Part shown: positions 29,139 to 39,069 of the stretch, piece after piece
Position numbering within the stretch: position 1 is the first letter of the stretch
Layout: each line of letters starts with the position of its first letter
Source of the DNA: a bacterium
GTDB lineage: Bacteria; UBA8248
Assembly: GCA_965199855.1 (NCBI GenBank)
Contig: OZ241326.1
Coordinates: forward strand, 1,824,001 to 1,888,000
Direction: 5' to 3'
Length of the DNA stretch: 64,000 nt
Translations under genes and position numbers: made by a program
The notes under the pieces: model-generated
What the model saw: the letters and a program-made list of their open reading frames with translations, nothing else
The model's database searches: none
What the model was told of the DNA's origin: nothing

Positions 29139-30818
29139 GTGACCACGCCATCTGACCCCTCGAATCGGGAAAACGGGAAAGACGCCTCCGAAGCCGCGCC
29201 GGGGGAAAACGGCGATTCGCCGACGGGGGAGAGCGTCTCCAGGCTGGCGGGCCCCGTCAGTCTGGCGACGCTCATCAGCCGGTTCGCGGGCTTTTTCCGC
29301 GATTTGCTCATCGCCGGATTCTTCGGCGCCGCGATGATGGCCGACGCCTTTTTCGTGGCGTTCGCCATTCCCAATCTCTTCCGCCGCATATTCATGGAAG
29401 GGGCGCTGAGCGCGTCGTTTCTTCCCGTCTATGCCGACGTGCGGGAGCGCTCCGGCGCGAGGGCGGCCCGGAAATTCACCGGCGGGGTGATGGCGTTTCT
29501 CGTCCTCGCCGGAGGCGCGGTCTGCCTGCCGGCGATCTGGTTCGCGCTGCCGCTGGTGAGGGTGCTGGCGCCCGGCTTTTCGGCGAACCCGGAAAAACTG
29601 CTTCTCGCGGCGGAGCTCGTCCGCGCCATGTTTCCGTTCATCATTTTCATCGGCCTGTGGGCGGTGGCGGCCGGCGTCCTGAACGCGGCGCGCCGCTTTT
29701 TCGCGCCCGCCCTCGCGCCCGCGCTCCAGAACGCGCTCATCATCGCGGCGCTCCTGCTGGCGGATTATCGGGTGAGCAGGGCGGAGGCCATCCACTGGCT
29801 CGCCTGGGCCGTCGTCATCGGCGGGGCCGCCCAGTTTCTGTTCCAGCTCCCCCTGATGGGGAAACTGCGGATCCTGCCGATTCTCTCGGCGCCGTGGCGG
29901 ACGGAGGGCGTGGGCAGGTGTCTGGTCCTGATGGGGCCGGCGGCCTTCGGCGGCGCCATTTTCCAGATCAACGTTCTGGTCGATCGCTGGCTGGCCTCCT
30001 TCCTGGCCGAGGGCTCGATTTCCTACCTCTACTACGCGAATAGGCTTGTGCAGCTTCCCCACGGCATCCTGAGCCTCGCGGTCGTGTCCGCCGTCCTCCC
30101 GGTTTTGTCCGATTACGCGGCGAAGGGCGGGGAGAACGCCGCCCCCGGCGATTCCGAGCGCGGCGCCATGCTCGAAGCGGGGCGCCTCACGCTCTTCATC
30201 ACGATTCCCGCGGCGTGCGGCCTCATCGCGCTGGCGCATCCGATCGTGGAGGTCGTTTTCGAGCGGGGCGCCTTCACGCGAAGCCATACGGAAGCGGCCG
30301 CGGCCGCCCTTCGGGCGTACGCGGCGGGGCTGGCGTTCTTCGGATTCGCAAGGCTTCTGGCGGGGGCGTTTCACGCCCGCCTGAACACGAAATTTCCGGT
30401 GCGGTGCGCGAATATCTCCGTGCTGGCGAACGTGGCGCTCAGCGTCGCCCTCATGCTCCCCCTCGGTTTCGTGGGCCTCGCGCTCGCCACCTCGATATCG
30501 AGCGCCCTGAACGCCGGATTGCTGCTGAGGGGACTGATGCGGGAGTGGGGCGACTTTCCCAAAAGAGAGCTGGCGCGCTCCCTCGGCAGGCTTCTCGCGC
30601 TGGGAGGCCTGACGGGACTGCTCGCGCATCTCGTTCATTCGCAGCTCGTTCGCCCGCATCTGTGGGATTCGGGGGGAGCGTCCGCGCTGAAGCTGTTGAT
30701 GATGACGCTCGAGGTGCTGCTGGCCGCCTGCTTCTACCTCTGGCTGGGCAAGAGGTTCGACGCCGCCTCCCATGAATCCTGGCGCCGCTTCACCCGCCTC
30801 GGGTGGGGAAGATCCTGA
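29139..30818 (+). CDS. murJ: Lipid II flippase MurJ
   Basis: SRFAGFFRD, DAFFVAFAIPNLFRRIFMEGALS, SYLYYANRLVQLP, FERGAF; divergent from rpsT. Confidence 0.96.
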   Translation: MTTPSDPSNRENGKDASEAAPGENGDSPTGESVSRLAGPVSLATLISRFAGFFRDLLIAGFFGAAMMADAFFVAFAIPNLFRRIFMEGALSASFLPVYADVRERSGARAARKFTGGVMAFLVLAGGAVCLPAIWFALPLVRVLAPGFSANPEKLLLAAELVRAMFPFIIFIGLWAVAAGVLNAARRFFAPALAPALQNALIIAALLLADYRVSRAEAIHWLAWAVVIGGAAQFLFQLPLMGKLRILPILSAPWRTEGVGRCLVLMGPAAFGGAIFQINVLVDRWLASFLAEGSISYLYYANRLVQLPHGILSLAVVSAVLPVLSDYAAKGGENAAPGDSERGAMLEAGRLTLFITIPAACGLIALAHPIVEVVFERGAFTRSHTEAAAAALRAYAAGLAFFGFARLLAGAFHARLNTKFPVRCANISVLANVALSVALMLPLGFVGLALATSISSALNAGLLLRGLMREWGDFPKRELARSLGRLLALGGLTGLLAHLVHSQLVRPHLWDSGGASALKLLMMTLEVLLAACFYLWLGKRFDAASHESWRRFTRLGWGRS

Positions 30819-31789
30819 TGGATGGGGCGCGGAGGATGGCGAGGGAGAAGGTTTTGGCCAAAAATGACGAGGAAGGCAGCGGCGCCGCGCTTGACGCGCG
30901 TCTCGCGGACATGCTGAGGAATTTCCGAAACTTTCTTCTCATCGAGCGCCGCCTCGCCGTGAATACGGTGGAAAGCTACGGCCTCGACGTCGAGTCGTTT
31001 TTCTTCTGGGCGCAGGAAAACGGCGCCGCCCCGCCCGGGAACTGGTCCAAGGACACCGTCGTCTCCTATCTCAAGGACGGGCGGGAGGCCGGAAAATCGG
31101 ACGCCACGCTGCGCCGGCGCCTGGCTTCCATTCGCGCGCTCGCCGGGCTGCTGGTTCGGGACGGCCACGCGCGGGAGGATTTTACGGCGGACGTCATGCA
31201 GCCCTCCAAATGGAAGCGCCTGCCCAGGACGCTCTCGCAGGAGGGTATGTCGAAAATCCTGTCCGCCCCGGATGAGAAAACGCCCGAGGCCGTCCGGGAC
31301 GGGACGATGTTCGAACTTCTCTACGCCACCGGAATGCGCGTGAGCGAAATCATCGGACTCAGGCTCGGTCAAATTCAGATCGAATCGGGCTTCTGCATCG
31401 TTCACGGGAAGGGGGACAAATCCCGCCTCGTGCCGATGGGAGACGCCGCGAAGAATCGCCTGGAGGATTATCTCGACGCCGCCCGCCCGGCTCTGCTGCG
31501 CGGGCGCGCGTCCGATTACGTCTTTCTCACGCGCCGGGGAGGCCCCATGACGCGCCAGGCCTTCTGGGCGAGAGTCAAGCGGTGGGCGCGGCAGGCGGGC
31601 GTGGGCCAGGGCGTGAGCCCGCACGTGTTTCGCCACACCTTCGCGACGCATCTGCTGAACCATGGGGCCGACCTGCGCGCCGTCCAGGCGATGCTCGGAC
31701 ATTCCGACATTTCGACCACCGAGGTCTATACGCACGTGGACAGGCGAAAACTGCGCCAGCTTCTGGACAAAGGCCACCCCAGAGGGTAG
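30818..31789 (+). CDS. xerD: Tyrosine recombinase XerD
   Basis: LLYATGMRVSE, GKGDKSR, TRQAFW, SPHVFRHTFATH, LGHSDISTTEVY, C-terminal HPRG; start approximate. Confidence 0.9.
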   Translation: MDGARRMAREKVLAKNDEEGSGAALDARLADMLRNFRNFLLIERRLAVNTVESYGLDVESFFFWAQENGAAPPGNWSKDTVVSYLKDGREAGKSDATLRRRLASIRALAGLLVRDGHAREDFTADVMQPSKWKRLPRTLSQEGMSKILSAPDEKTPEAVRDGTMFELLYATGMRVSEIIGLRLGQIQIESGFCIVHGKGDKSRLVPMGDAAKNRLEDYLDAARPALLRGRASDYVFLTRRGGPMTRQAFWARVKRWARQAGVGQGVSPHVFRHTFATHLLNHGADLRAVQAMLGHSDISTTEVYTHVDRRKLRQLLDKGHPRG

Positions 31790-31824
31790 GGAATAAAGGG
31801 CGAAAGAAAAATATGATTCCCGTG

Positions 31825-31853
31825 TTGACGCCCTGCATGATCGGACTTACGAT
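31825..31853 (+). promoter_or_regulatory. sigma70 promoter upstream of phoH
   Basis: TTGACG-N17-TACGAT after an A-rich tract. Confidence 0.65.
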
Positions 31854-31889
31854 CCGGCGGCGCATGGGGATGCGAGGAGCCTGAATCCG

Positions 31890-32846
31890 TTGGCGACGAG
31901 GATGTCTGCAAGCCCGATGGCCGGCCCGGATAGGCTGATCCATATTCTGGGCAACCGGGATGAGTCTCTCAGGGCCGTGGAGCGGGCGTTCGGCGTGAAA
32001 ATCCGCGTCGCGTCGGAGGGGTTCGCGGTCGAGGGCGCGCCCGCCGACGCCGAGAAGGCGCGCCTGTTCCTCGATGAGCTCATCGACTGCCTGGACGAGG
32101 GGATTCGCTTCGATTCGCCGAGCGTCAGGACGCTGGCGCGGACAGTGGCGGCGGAGGCCGGCGTTACGCTTCGCTCCCTGGCGGCGGATCGGATATCGGG
32201 GCTGTCGAAAAAACGCTGCGTGGTTCCCAAGGGCCCCGTCCAGAGTCGATACATACGGGCGATTCGGGAGAAGGGCGTAACGTTCGGAGTCGGGCCGGCC
32301 GGGACCGGGAAGACCTATCTGGCCATGGCCATGGCGGTTTCGGGGCTGCTGGAGAAGGCCTACGCCCGCATCGTGCTGACGAGGCCCGTAGTGGAGGCGG
32401 GGGAGAAGCTCGGATTCCTGCCCGGAGACCTGCATGAGAAGGTGAATCCGTATCTCCGGCCGCTGTTCGACGCCCTGAACGACATGGTGGACTTCGACAG
32501 GGTGGAGCGCTTCATTCAAAGGGGCGAGGTCGAGATAGCCCCGCTCGCCTACATGAGGGGCCGTTCGCTGAATGATTCGTTCATCGTCCTGGACGAAGCC
32601 CAGAACACGACGCCCGAGCAGATGAAGATGTTCCTCACCCGCCTCGGCGCGGGCAGCAAGGCGGTGGTTACGGGAGACATTACCCAAATCGATCTGCCCG
32701 AAGCCTCCGGGTGCGGGCTGATTCACGCCCGGGACGTTCTCAAGGACGTCGAGGAAGTCCGCTTCATCCATTTCAGCGAGCGGGACGTGGTTCGCACGCA
32801 ACTGGTGAGAAAAATTGTCTCCGCATACGAGGCCCATAGCCTGTAG
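31890..32846 (+). CDS. phoH: PhoH-family ATPase (YbeZ-like)
   Basis: GPAGTGKTY, LTRPVVEAGEKLGFLPG, PLAYMRGR, LDEAQN, GDITQIDL. Confidence 0.95.
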   Translation: MATRMSASPMAGPDRLIHILGNRDESLRAVERAFGVKIRVASEGFAVEGAPADAEKARLFLDELIDCLDEGIRFDSPSVRTLARTVAAEAGVTLRSLAADRISGLSKKRCVVPKGPVQSRYIRAIREKGVTFGVGPAGTGKTYLAMAMAVSGLLEKAYARIVLTRPVVEAGEKLGFLPGDLHEKVNPYLRPLFDALNDMVDFDRVERFIQRGEVEIAPLAYMRGRSLNDSFIVLDEAQNTTPEQMKMFLTRLGAGSKAVVTGDITQIDLPEASGCGLIHARDVLKDVEEVRFIHFSERDVVRTQLVRKIVSAYEAHSL

Positions 32847-32945
32847 GCGATTTCTCCGAACGGGACGCTCGCGCCGCCGGGGCTTTCCCGCGCCATCGCC
32901 GCGTCCAAGTTCCTTCCTCGTCGAGGGATTCCGGGGGCTGATCGC

Positions 32946-35432
32946 GTGATTCATCGAACCGGCGGCGGGAGAACGGCCGGAAAGACCAGAAACATTTTCC
33001 TGCGCCTGCTCGCGCGCGCGGGACAGCGGCTCCTGAAAGCCGCTTTCGCGTTCACCCAGGCGCGCGCGTATCCGTGGATTCTGGGCGCGGCGATCGCTCT
33101 CGCGCTCTCGTTTCTTCTCACGATAGACGTTTCGGGGCCTCGCGTTTCCTTCGAGGCGGGCGACGTCGCTCCCAGGGACGTCAAGGCGCCCCGGAACATG
33201 CGCGTGGCGGACCCCATCGCCACGAACGCGAAGCGGCAGGCGGCCAGAGAGAAAGTCCTGCCGCGCTACGACATCGACACCCAGCTCCCGAAGGTCGTCC
33301 TCGCCCGGCTGACCGGCGCGTTCGAGGCCGTCCAGCGGACGATAGACAAGGAGCTGGAGAGGGTGAAGAGCGCGCAGCTGGGCAGGCGGGCCAAGCAGGA
33401 GGGCCGGACGCTCCTCTCCGAGTCGGAAGCCTACCGCGAAATGTATGCCGCCCCGGCGTACGTCGAGGCGGAGAAGGCGTTTCACAACCTGGTGGGCGGC
33501 TCGGTTCCCGATGAATTGTCGGCCTGGTTCAGGAGCGAGAGATTCGCCGGCTGGATTCGGGACGCCGCCGCCGCCCTGCTGAAGGTGGCGTTTTCACGCC
33601 AGATCGTGAGCGACAAGCAGCTATACGCCACCCACGCGGCGAAGGGCGTTACGGCGCGAGACATCCGAACGGGGGAGCGCGTCTCCGTAAGTCCGGCGAT
33701 GAATCCCCTGGAGCTCAGGCAGGTCGGCGAGCTTCTCAGGCGCGAAGCCCGAAAGATGCCCCTTCAAGCCCCGCGCCGAATCCGGGGCCTGCTCGTTCCC
33801 CAGATCCTGAAAATGATTCAGCCGACCCTGACGTTCAACAACAGGGCGACGCTCGAGAGCAGGGAGAAGGCCGCCGCCTCCGTTCCGCCCGTCTCCGAAA
33901 TTCTCAAGCAGGGAGAGATGATTGTCCGCGAGGGCGAGCGGGTGAGCGAGGCGCAGATTACGAAACTCAAGGGGCTGGAGGAAATCTACCGGCAAAGCCG
34001 CGTGCTCGACAATTTCGCGGGAACGGCGCTGGTGGTGTTCCTCCTGCTCATCCTGGCGTGGAGCTGCGTCCGGAAGTATGACGCGAGCTTTTTGTCCTCG
34101 CAGAAAAACGTGGCTCTTTTCGTCATCCTCCTCCTGAGCCAGGCCGTTTCGCTGAAGCTGGGCATTCTCTTCTCGCAGGTGCTCCATGAGACATTTCGCG
34201 GGGTTCCGCTGCAGTCGTTCTACTACGTCGTTCCCTTCTGCTCGGCCTCCCTTCTCGCGGCCGTTCTCCAGGGGCGCTCCGCCGCGGTGCTGATGGCGGT
34301 CTTCTCCGCCGTTCTCACCGCCCTGATTCTGCCGGGACACGTGCATTTCAGCCTCGTGGCCCTGGCGGGCGGCGTGGTCGCGGCCATTCGCTGGAAGGAG
34401 TATCGGCGCAGGACGTCCGTGCTCATCGCGGCGCTCATCCTGGGCCTGCTGGGCGCCGCCCTGGCCCTGGGCTTCAACATGCAGGAGGGCTTCCGGACGG
34501 CGGTCGAGCGGTGGGCGGAGATTCCCATCGCCCTGCTGGGCGGCCTCTCGAACGTCATCATCGTGGCGGGGGCCATGCCCCTGCTGGAGTCGGCGTTCAA
34601 GCTCACGACCGACATGCGCCTCCTGGAGCTGGCGGACCAGAACCACCCGCTGCTCCGCAAGATGGTGGTCAGCGCGCCGGGCACCTACCACCACAGCCTT
34701 CTCGTGGGGAACCTGGCGGAGGAGGCGTCCGACGCGATCGGGGCGAATCCGCTCCTCACCCGCGTGGGCGCCTACTTCCATGACGTGGGCAAGATGATGA
34801 AGCCCGAGTATTTCATCGAAAACCAGGGAGAAAAGAACCGCCACGACAGGCTCAGGCCCAACATGAGCGCGCTCATCCTGATCAGCCACGTGAAGGAAGG
34901 CGTCGAGCTTGCCCGAAGCCACAAACTGCCGAAGGAAATCATCGATCTGATCCGGCAGCACCACGGCACGGCCCTGATTCGGTTTTTTTACGAAAGGGCG
35001 AAGGAGCGGAACGGAGGCGACGTGAGCGAGGAGGCCTTTCGCTATCCGGGGCCGAGGCCGCAGACGAGGGAGGCGGGCATCCTGATGCTGGCCGACATGG
35101 TGGAGGCGTCGGCGCGCTCGCTCTCGGAGCATTCCCTCGGGCGCCTGAGCGGGCTGGTCGAAAGAACCGTCCAGAGCGCCTTCGTGGAGGGGCAGCTGGA
35201 CGACTGCAGCCTCACGCTCAAGGATTTGAGCAGCATCCAGGACGCCTTCATGCGCGTTCTGGTCGGCATTCACCACCACCGGATCCACTACCCGGAGCGG
35301 GGAGCCGCTCCCAGGAAAGGGGCCGCGAATGGAGGTCCTCATCAAAAACGCGCAAAGGCTGCTGGCGCTGAACCGCAAGGCGCTGCTGCGGCGCCTGGGG
35401 GTCATCGGGAAAGCTATTCGATGCGAGGATGA
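32946..35432 (+). CDS. 7TM-HD (HDIG) membrane phosphohydrolase, PgpH-like
   Basis: N-terminal TM, large extracytoplasmic domain, about 7 TM block, then APGTYHHS, YFHDVGK, YFIENQ, HHGT, LADMVEA; phoH-HD-ybeY context. Confidence 0.9.
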   Translation: MIHRTGGGRTAGKTRNIFLRLLARAGQRLLKAAFAFTQARAYPWILGAAIALALSFLLTIDVSGPRVSFEAGDVAPRDVKAPRNMRVADPIATNAKRQAAREKVLPRYDIDTQLPKVVLARLTGAFEAVQRTIDKELERVKSAQLGRRAKQEGRTLLSESEAYREMYAAPAYVEAEKAFHNLVGGSVPDELSAWFRSERFAGWIRDAAAALLKVAFSRQIVSDKQLYATHAAKGVTARDIRTGERVSVSPAMNPLELRQVGELLRREARKMPLQAPRRIRGLLVPQILKMIQPTLTFNNRATLESREKAAASVPPVSEILKQGEMIVREGERVSEAQITKLKGLEEIYRQSRVLDNFAGTALVVFLLLILAWSCVRKYDASFLSSQKNVALFVILLLSQAVSLKLGILFSQVLHETFRGVPLQSFYYVVPFCSASLLAAVLQGRSAAVLMAVFSAVLTALILPGHVHFSLVALAGGVVAAIRWKEYRRRTSVLIAALILGLLGAALALGFNMQEGFRTAVERWAEIPIALLGGLSNVIIVAGAMPLLESAFKLTTDMRLLELADQNHPLLRKMVVSAPGTYHHSLLVGNLAEEASDAIGANPLLTRVGAYFHDVGKMMKPEYFIENQGEKNRHDRLRPNMSALILISHVKEGVELARSHKLPKEIIDLIRQHHGTALIRFFYERAKERNGGDVSEEAFRYPGPRPQTREAGILMLADMVEASARSLSEHSLGRLSGLVERTVQSAFVEGQLDDCSLTLKDLSSIQDAFMRVLVGIHHHRIHYPERGAAPRKGAANGGPHQKRAKAAGAEPQGAAAAPGGHRESYSMRG

Positions 35433-35811
35433 CTGGCTGAGCCTCGCGCTCACGCGGGACGGGGCGATGCGGGCGCTGAACGCCCGCTACCGCGGAGAGG
35501 ACGAAGCGACGGACGTGCTTGCCTTCCCGCCGCCGGACTCTCCGGCGGCCTCGGCGGAAGGGGAAGGAGGGAGGAGGGCGTTTCTGGGCGAGGTGATCAT
35601 CTCCGCCGACGAGGTGCTTCGCCAGGCGCGGGCGGAGGCGGTCGATTGCGGAATCCTGGCGGACCGCCTCCTCGTCCACGGCCTTTTGCACCTCAAGGGG
35701 TATGATCATCACACGAAAGCGGAATCCGCCCGGATGCGAAAAGAGGAAAAAAGGGTGGCCGGGCTCTTCGACGAGGGCTGGCTGCTCCCGCGCGGGGCGC
35801 GGACGCGCTGA
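35329..35811 (+). CDS. ybeY: rRNA maturation endoribonuclease YbeY
   Basis: LNARYRG.D.ATDVLAF, LGEVIIS, HGLLHLKGYDH. Confidence 0.95.
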   Translation: MEVLIKNAQRLLALNRKALLRRLGVIGKAIRCEDDWLSLALTRDGAMRALNARYRGEDEATDVLAFPPPDSPAASAEGEGGRRAFLGEVIISADEVLRQARAEAVDCGILADRLLVHGLLHLKGYDHHTKAESARMRKEEKRVAGLFDEGWLLPRGARTR

Positions 35812-35901
35812 GCGGAAGCGTTCCGACGGCGCCGAGGGACGTCCCGCGGCCAATTCCGCCCTGATTCCGCGGCGCCGACATTCATCGGACCTGGTGGACG
35901 C

Positions 35902-36300
35902 ATGGGCAACCTTCGACTCATCGCCGGCCTGATTCTCGCGCTGGCCATCACGAGCTTCGGCGTCGTCAACATGGAGCCGGTGACGGTCGCCTACTATCGG
36001 GGCAGCGTCCGCCTGCCCCTTTTCTACGTTCTGCTCGCGGTCTTCGCGGGCGGATTCATGGCGGCGTGGTTCGGCGGGGCGTTCGACAGGCTGAGGTTCA
36101 GGAGCGAAATCGGAAAACTGAAGCGCGAGGCGAGAACGCTGAAGATCAGCCTGGACGAGGCGCGCGAGAAGGGCGGCAGGCTGCTCGCGGCCGAGAATCC
36201 GGCGCCCGAAGAAGCCGCGGCCGCCCCGGATGAGCGCGCGCCGCAAGCCGCCCCCGCGTCCCGGACGAGCGCGCCCCCCCGCGAACCAAAGGCGGAGTAG
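35902..36300 (+). CDS. LapA-family membrane protein
   Basis: TM ending F..N...V.V, LPL motif, second TM, then coiled coil; LapA-domain architecture. Confidence 0.7.
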   Translation: MGNLRLIAGLILALAITSFGVVNMEPVTVAYYRGSVRLPLFYVLLAVFAGGFMAAWFGGAFDRLRFRSEIGKLKREARTLKISLDEAREKGGRLLAAENPAPEEAAAAPDERAPQAAPASRTSAPPREPKAE

Positions 36301-36302
36301 GA

Positions 36303-38984
36303 ATGTCCCTCCCCGAAAGCGTTCTCCACCCGGCGGGAAAGAAGGAAAAAAGCGCGCCCCGGCCCAGGGGGCGCGGCCCGTCCCCGGCGATGCGGCAGTA
36401 TCTGGAGATGAAAAGGCGCTATCCGGACGCGCTGCTGTTTTTTCAGATGGGCGATTTTTTCGAGATGTTCTACGAGGACGCGGAGCGCGGGGCGAAGGCC
36501 CTGGAGCTCGCGCTGACGTCGCGCCAGAGCGACGCGCAGGGGCCCATCCCCATGTGCGGCGTGCCCTGCCATTCGGCGTCCTCCTACTGCGGGCGGCTCC
36601 TGGAGGCGGGCTACAAGGTCGCCGTATGCGAGCAGGTGGAGGACGCGGGAGAAAGCAGGGGAATCGTGAAGCGCGAGGTGACCCGCGTTCTGACCCCGGG
36701 CACCTCAATCGCCGACCTCGAGCTGCTGGACAGCAAGGAATCCCAGTATCTGGCGGGGATCGTCGCGTCGGCGGGAGAAGAGGGCGCGCTCTGGGGGATG
36801 GCGTGGCTCGACAGTTCGACCGGCGAGTTTTGCGCGACCCAGGCGGCGGGCGAGTTCGCCGTGACGCTCATCGCCAACCAGCTGGAAAGGATCGCTCCCC
36901 GCGAACTCATCCTGCCGGATGATTTTTCCCCCTCCGATGAACTGAAAAGCCGGATAGCGGAACTGGGAATTCACGTCGAGAAAAGGCGCGCCGACGCTTT
37001 TCAGGCGCCGCGTGACTTCCGGGACACGGACGCGGCGCTTCCCGATGAGGCGAGCGCGCTGGCGAATCCGGCGGCGGCGAGCGCGGCCATGGGCGTCATG
37101 GGGTATCTCAGGGAAAACCAGCCCGGCGACTTTCCCCATCTCAAGCCCGTGTCCTTCTCGCGCCTTTCGGACGCGATGATTCTCGACGCGGCCACCCTGC
37201 GAAACCTGGAGATCGTCCATTCGGCCGCGGATCGAGGAAAAAAAGGCTCCCTGCTCGGCCTGCTGGACGAGACGCTCACGGGCATGGGGGGGCGTCTGCT
37301 CAAAAAATGGCTGCTCTCGCCCCTGATTCAAAAGGAGCCCGTTGATTATCGCGCCGCGGCCGTGGGGGAACTCGTGGATGGTTCTGAAATCCGCGAGGCG
37401 CTGAAAAGCGCCATCGAGCCGATGCAGGACATCGAGCGCCTCCTCGGCCGCGTGGGCTCCCGGACCGCGAACGCCAGGGACCTGGCGGGGCTGGGCGCCT
37501 CCCTGGCGATGCTTCCGCAGGTGCGGGAGGCCATAGGCGAGGCGGAGGCGGAGCTGTTCCGCGGCGTGTCTTCGGAGTGGGACTCTCTCGAGGACGCGGC
37601 GGCGGAGCTCCTGAGCGCGCTCGTGGACGCGCCGCCCGCCTCGATTCGGGAGGGAGGCATTTTTCGCGATGCCTACGACCCCGAGCTCGCCCGCTTGCGA
37701 AAAGCGCAGAGCGAAGGCGACGCGTGGCTGAAAAGCTATGAAAGCGGGGAGAAGGAAAGAACCGGCCTGCCCCTCAAGATAGGCTTCAACCGCGTTTTCG
37801 GATACTACCTCGAAATCTCCAGGCGCTTCAGCGACAAGGCGCCCCCGGAATACGCGCGCAAGCAGACCCTCGTCTCCGCCGAGCGATACGTTACCCCCGA
37901 GCTCAAGCGGATGGAGGAGGACATTCTCGGGGCGGAGGAGAAGGCCCATCAGCTCGAATTCATGCTCTTCGGACGCCTGAGAGCGAAAATAGCGAAGCAG
38001 GCGAAGCGCATCCTCGCCGCCGCGGAAAGGATAGCCCTTCTCGACGCCGTCCTGTCGCTGGCGGCCGTCGCGCGCAGGCGCGGCTACGTCCGCCCGGAAA
38101 TAACGAACGCTCCGCATCTCGAGATCATCGAGGGGAGGCATCCCGTCATGGAGGCGGAGCGCCCCGACCTTCCTTTCGTGCCGAACGATTTGTCCATCGG
38201 CGGCGAGCGGCAGATACTCATCATCACGGGGCCGAACATGGCCGGAAAATCCACCTATCTGCGCCAGGCGGCGCTCATCGTCCTGATGGCGCAAATCGGC
38301 AGCTTCGTTCCCGCCAGGAGCGCGAAGGTCGGCCTGGTGGACAGGGTATTCACCAGGGTCGGCGCGCATGATCGGCTTCTGGAGGGGCGGAGCACCTTCA
38401 TGGTGGAGATGGTGGAGACGGCCGCCATACTGCGGGAGGCGACGCCGAGAAGCTTCATCGCGCTGGACGAGGTGGGACGCGGCACGAGCACGTATGACGG
38501 CGTGAGCATCGCGTGGTCGATTGTGGAGTATCTCCACAGCGAGGCCGCCCACAGGGCGAGAACCCTGTTCGCGACCCATTACCATGAACTGGCCGAGCTT
38601 GCGAAAGACCTCGAGCGGGTGAAGAACCTGACGGTGGAAGTCCGCGAATGGGGCGATGAAATCGTGTTTCTGCGAAAAGTGGCCGAGGGCAGCTGCGACA
38701 GGAGCTACGGCATTCACGTGGGGAGGCTGGCGGGGCTTCCCGACGCGGTCATAGAGCGCGCGAGGGTTTTGCTCTCCGGGTTCGAGAGCGCGGAGACCAA
38801 GGCTCATTCCGGCGGGGAGGACGGCGGTTTTCCGGAAAGCGCCCGCCGAAACGGACAGCTGCCCCTGTTCTCGCGCGAGAAATCGCAGGTCGAAAAAGCG
38901 CTTGAAAGTCTCGACCCGGACGCCATGACCCCGCGCCAGGCGCTGGAGGCCCTCTATCAGCTCAAAAAGGGCGCGGGAGAATAG
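36303..38984 (+). CDS. mutS: DNA mismatch repair protein MutS
   Basis: SPAMRQY, FQMGDFFEMF, ITGPNMAGKST, STFMVEM, DEVGRGTS, ATHYHEL, RSYGIHV. Confidence 0.98.
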   Translation: MSLPESVLHPAGKKEKSAPRPRGRGPSPAMRQYLEMKRRYPDALLFFQMGDFFEMFYEDAERGAKALELALTSRQSDAQGPIPMCGVPCHSASSYCGRLLEAGYKVAVCEQVEDAGESRGIVKREVTRVLTPGTSIADLELLDSKESQYLAGIVASAGEEGALWGMAWLDSSTGEFCATQAAGEFAVTLIANQLERIAPRELILPDDFSPSDELKSRIAELGIHVEKRRADAFQAPRDFRDTDAALPDEASALANPAAASAAMGVMGYLRENQPGDFPHLKPVSFSRLSDAMILDAATLRNLEIVHSAADRGKKGSLLGLLDETLTGMGGRLLKKWLLSPLIQKEPVDYRAAAVGELVDGSEIREALKSAIEPMQDIERLLGRVGSRTANARDLAGLGASLAMLPQVREAIGEAEAELFRGVSSEWDSLEDAAAELLSALVDAPPASIREGGIFRDAYDPELARLRKAQSEGDAWLKSYESGEKERTGLPLKIGFNRVFGYYLEISRRFSDKAPPEYARKQTLVSAERYVTPELKRMEEDILGAEEKAHQLEFMLFGRLRAKIAKQAKRILAAAERIALLDAVLSLAAVARRRGYVRPEITNAPHLEIIEGRHPVMEAERPDLPFVPNDLSIGGERQILIITGPNMAGKSTYLRQAALIVLMAQIGSFVPARSAKVGLVDRVFTRVGAHDRLLEGRSTFMVEMVETAAILREATPRSFIALDEVGRGTSTYDGVSIAWSIVEYLHSEAAHRARTLFATHYHELAELAKDLERVKNLTVEVREWGDEIVFLRKVAEGSCDRSYGIHVGRLAGLPDAVIERARVLLSGFESAETKAHSGGEDGGFPESARRNGQLPLFSREKSQVEKALESLDPDAMTPRQALEALYQLKKGAGE

Positions 38985-39015
38985 GAAGCGCGCGGCGGGA
39001 GAATGAAAAAGGGTA

Positions 39016-39044
39016 TTGAGGCCTTTCGTTTTATCGGCTAGAAT
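39016..39044 (+). promoter_or_regulatory. sigma70 promoter for the DUF4390-ntrY-ntrX::lpxC operon
   Basis: TTGAGG-N17-TAGAAT, 25 nt upstream of ATG 39070 (GGAG SD). Confidence 0.6.
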
Positions 39045-39069
39045 GGAACTTAAAGCCCGGGGAGAACTT

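Noticed and set aside
30818-31789. Tyrosine recombinase as an integrase marking an island
   Set aside because: XerD-specific motifs, host-like codon usage, core-gene flanks and no att repeats seen
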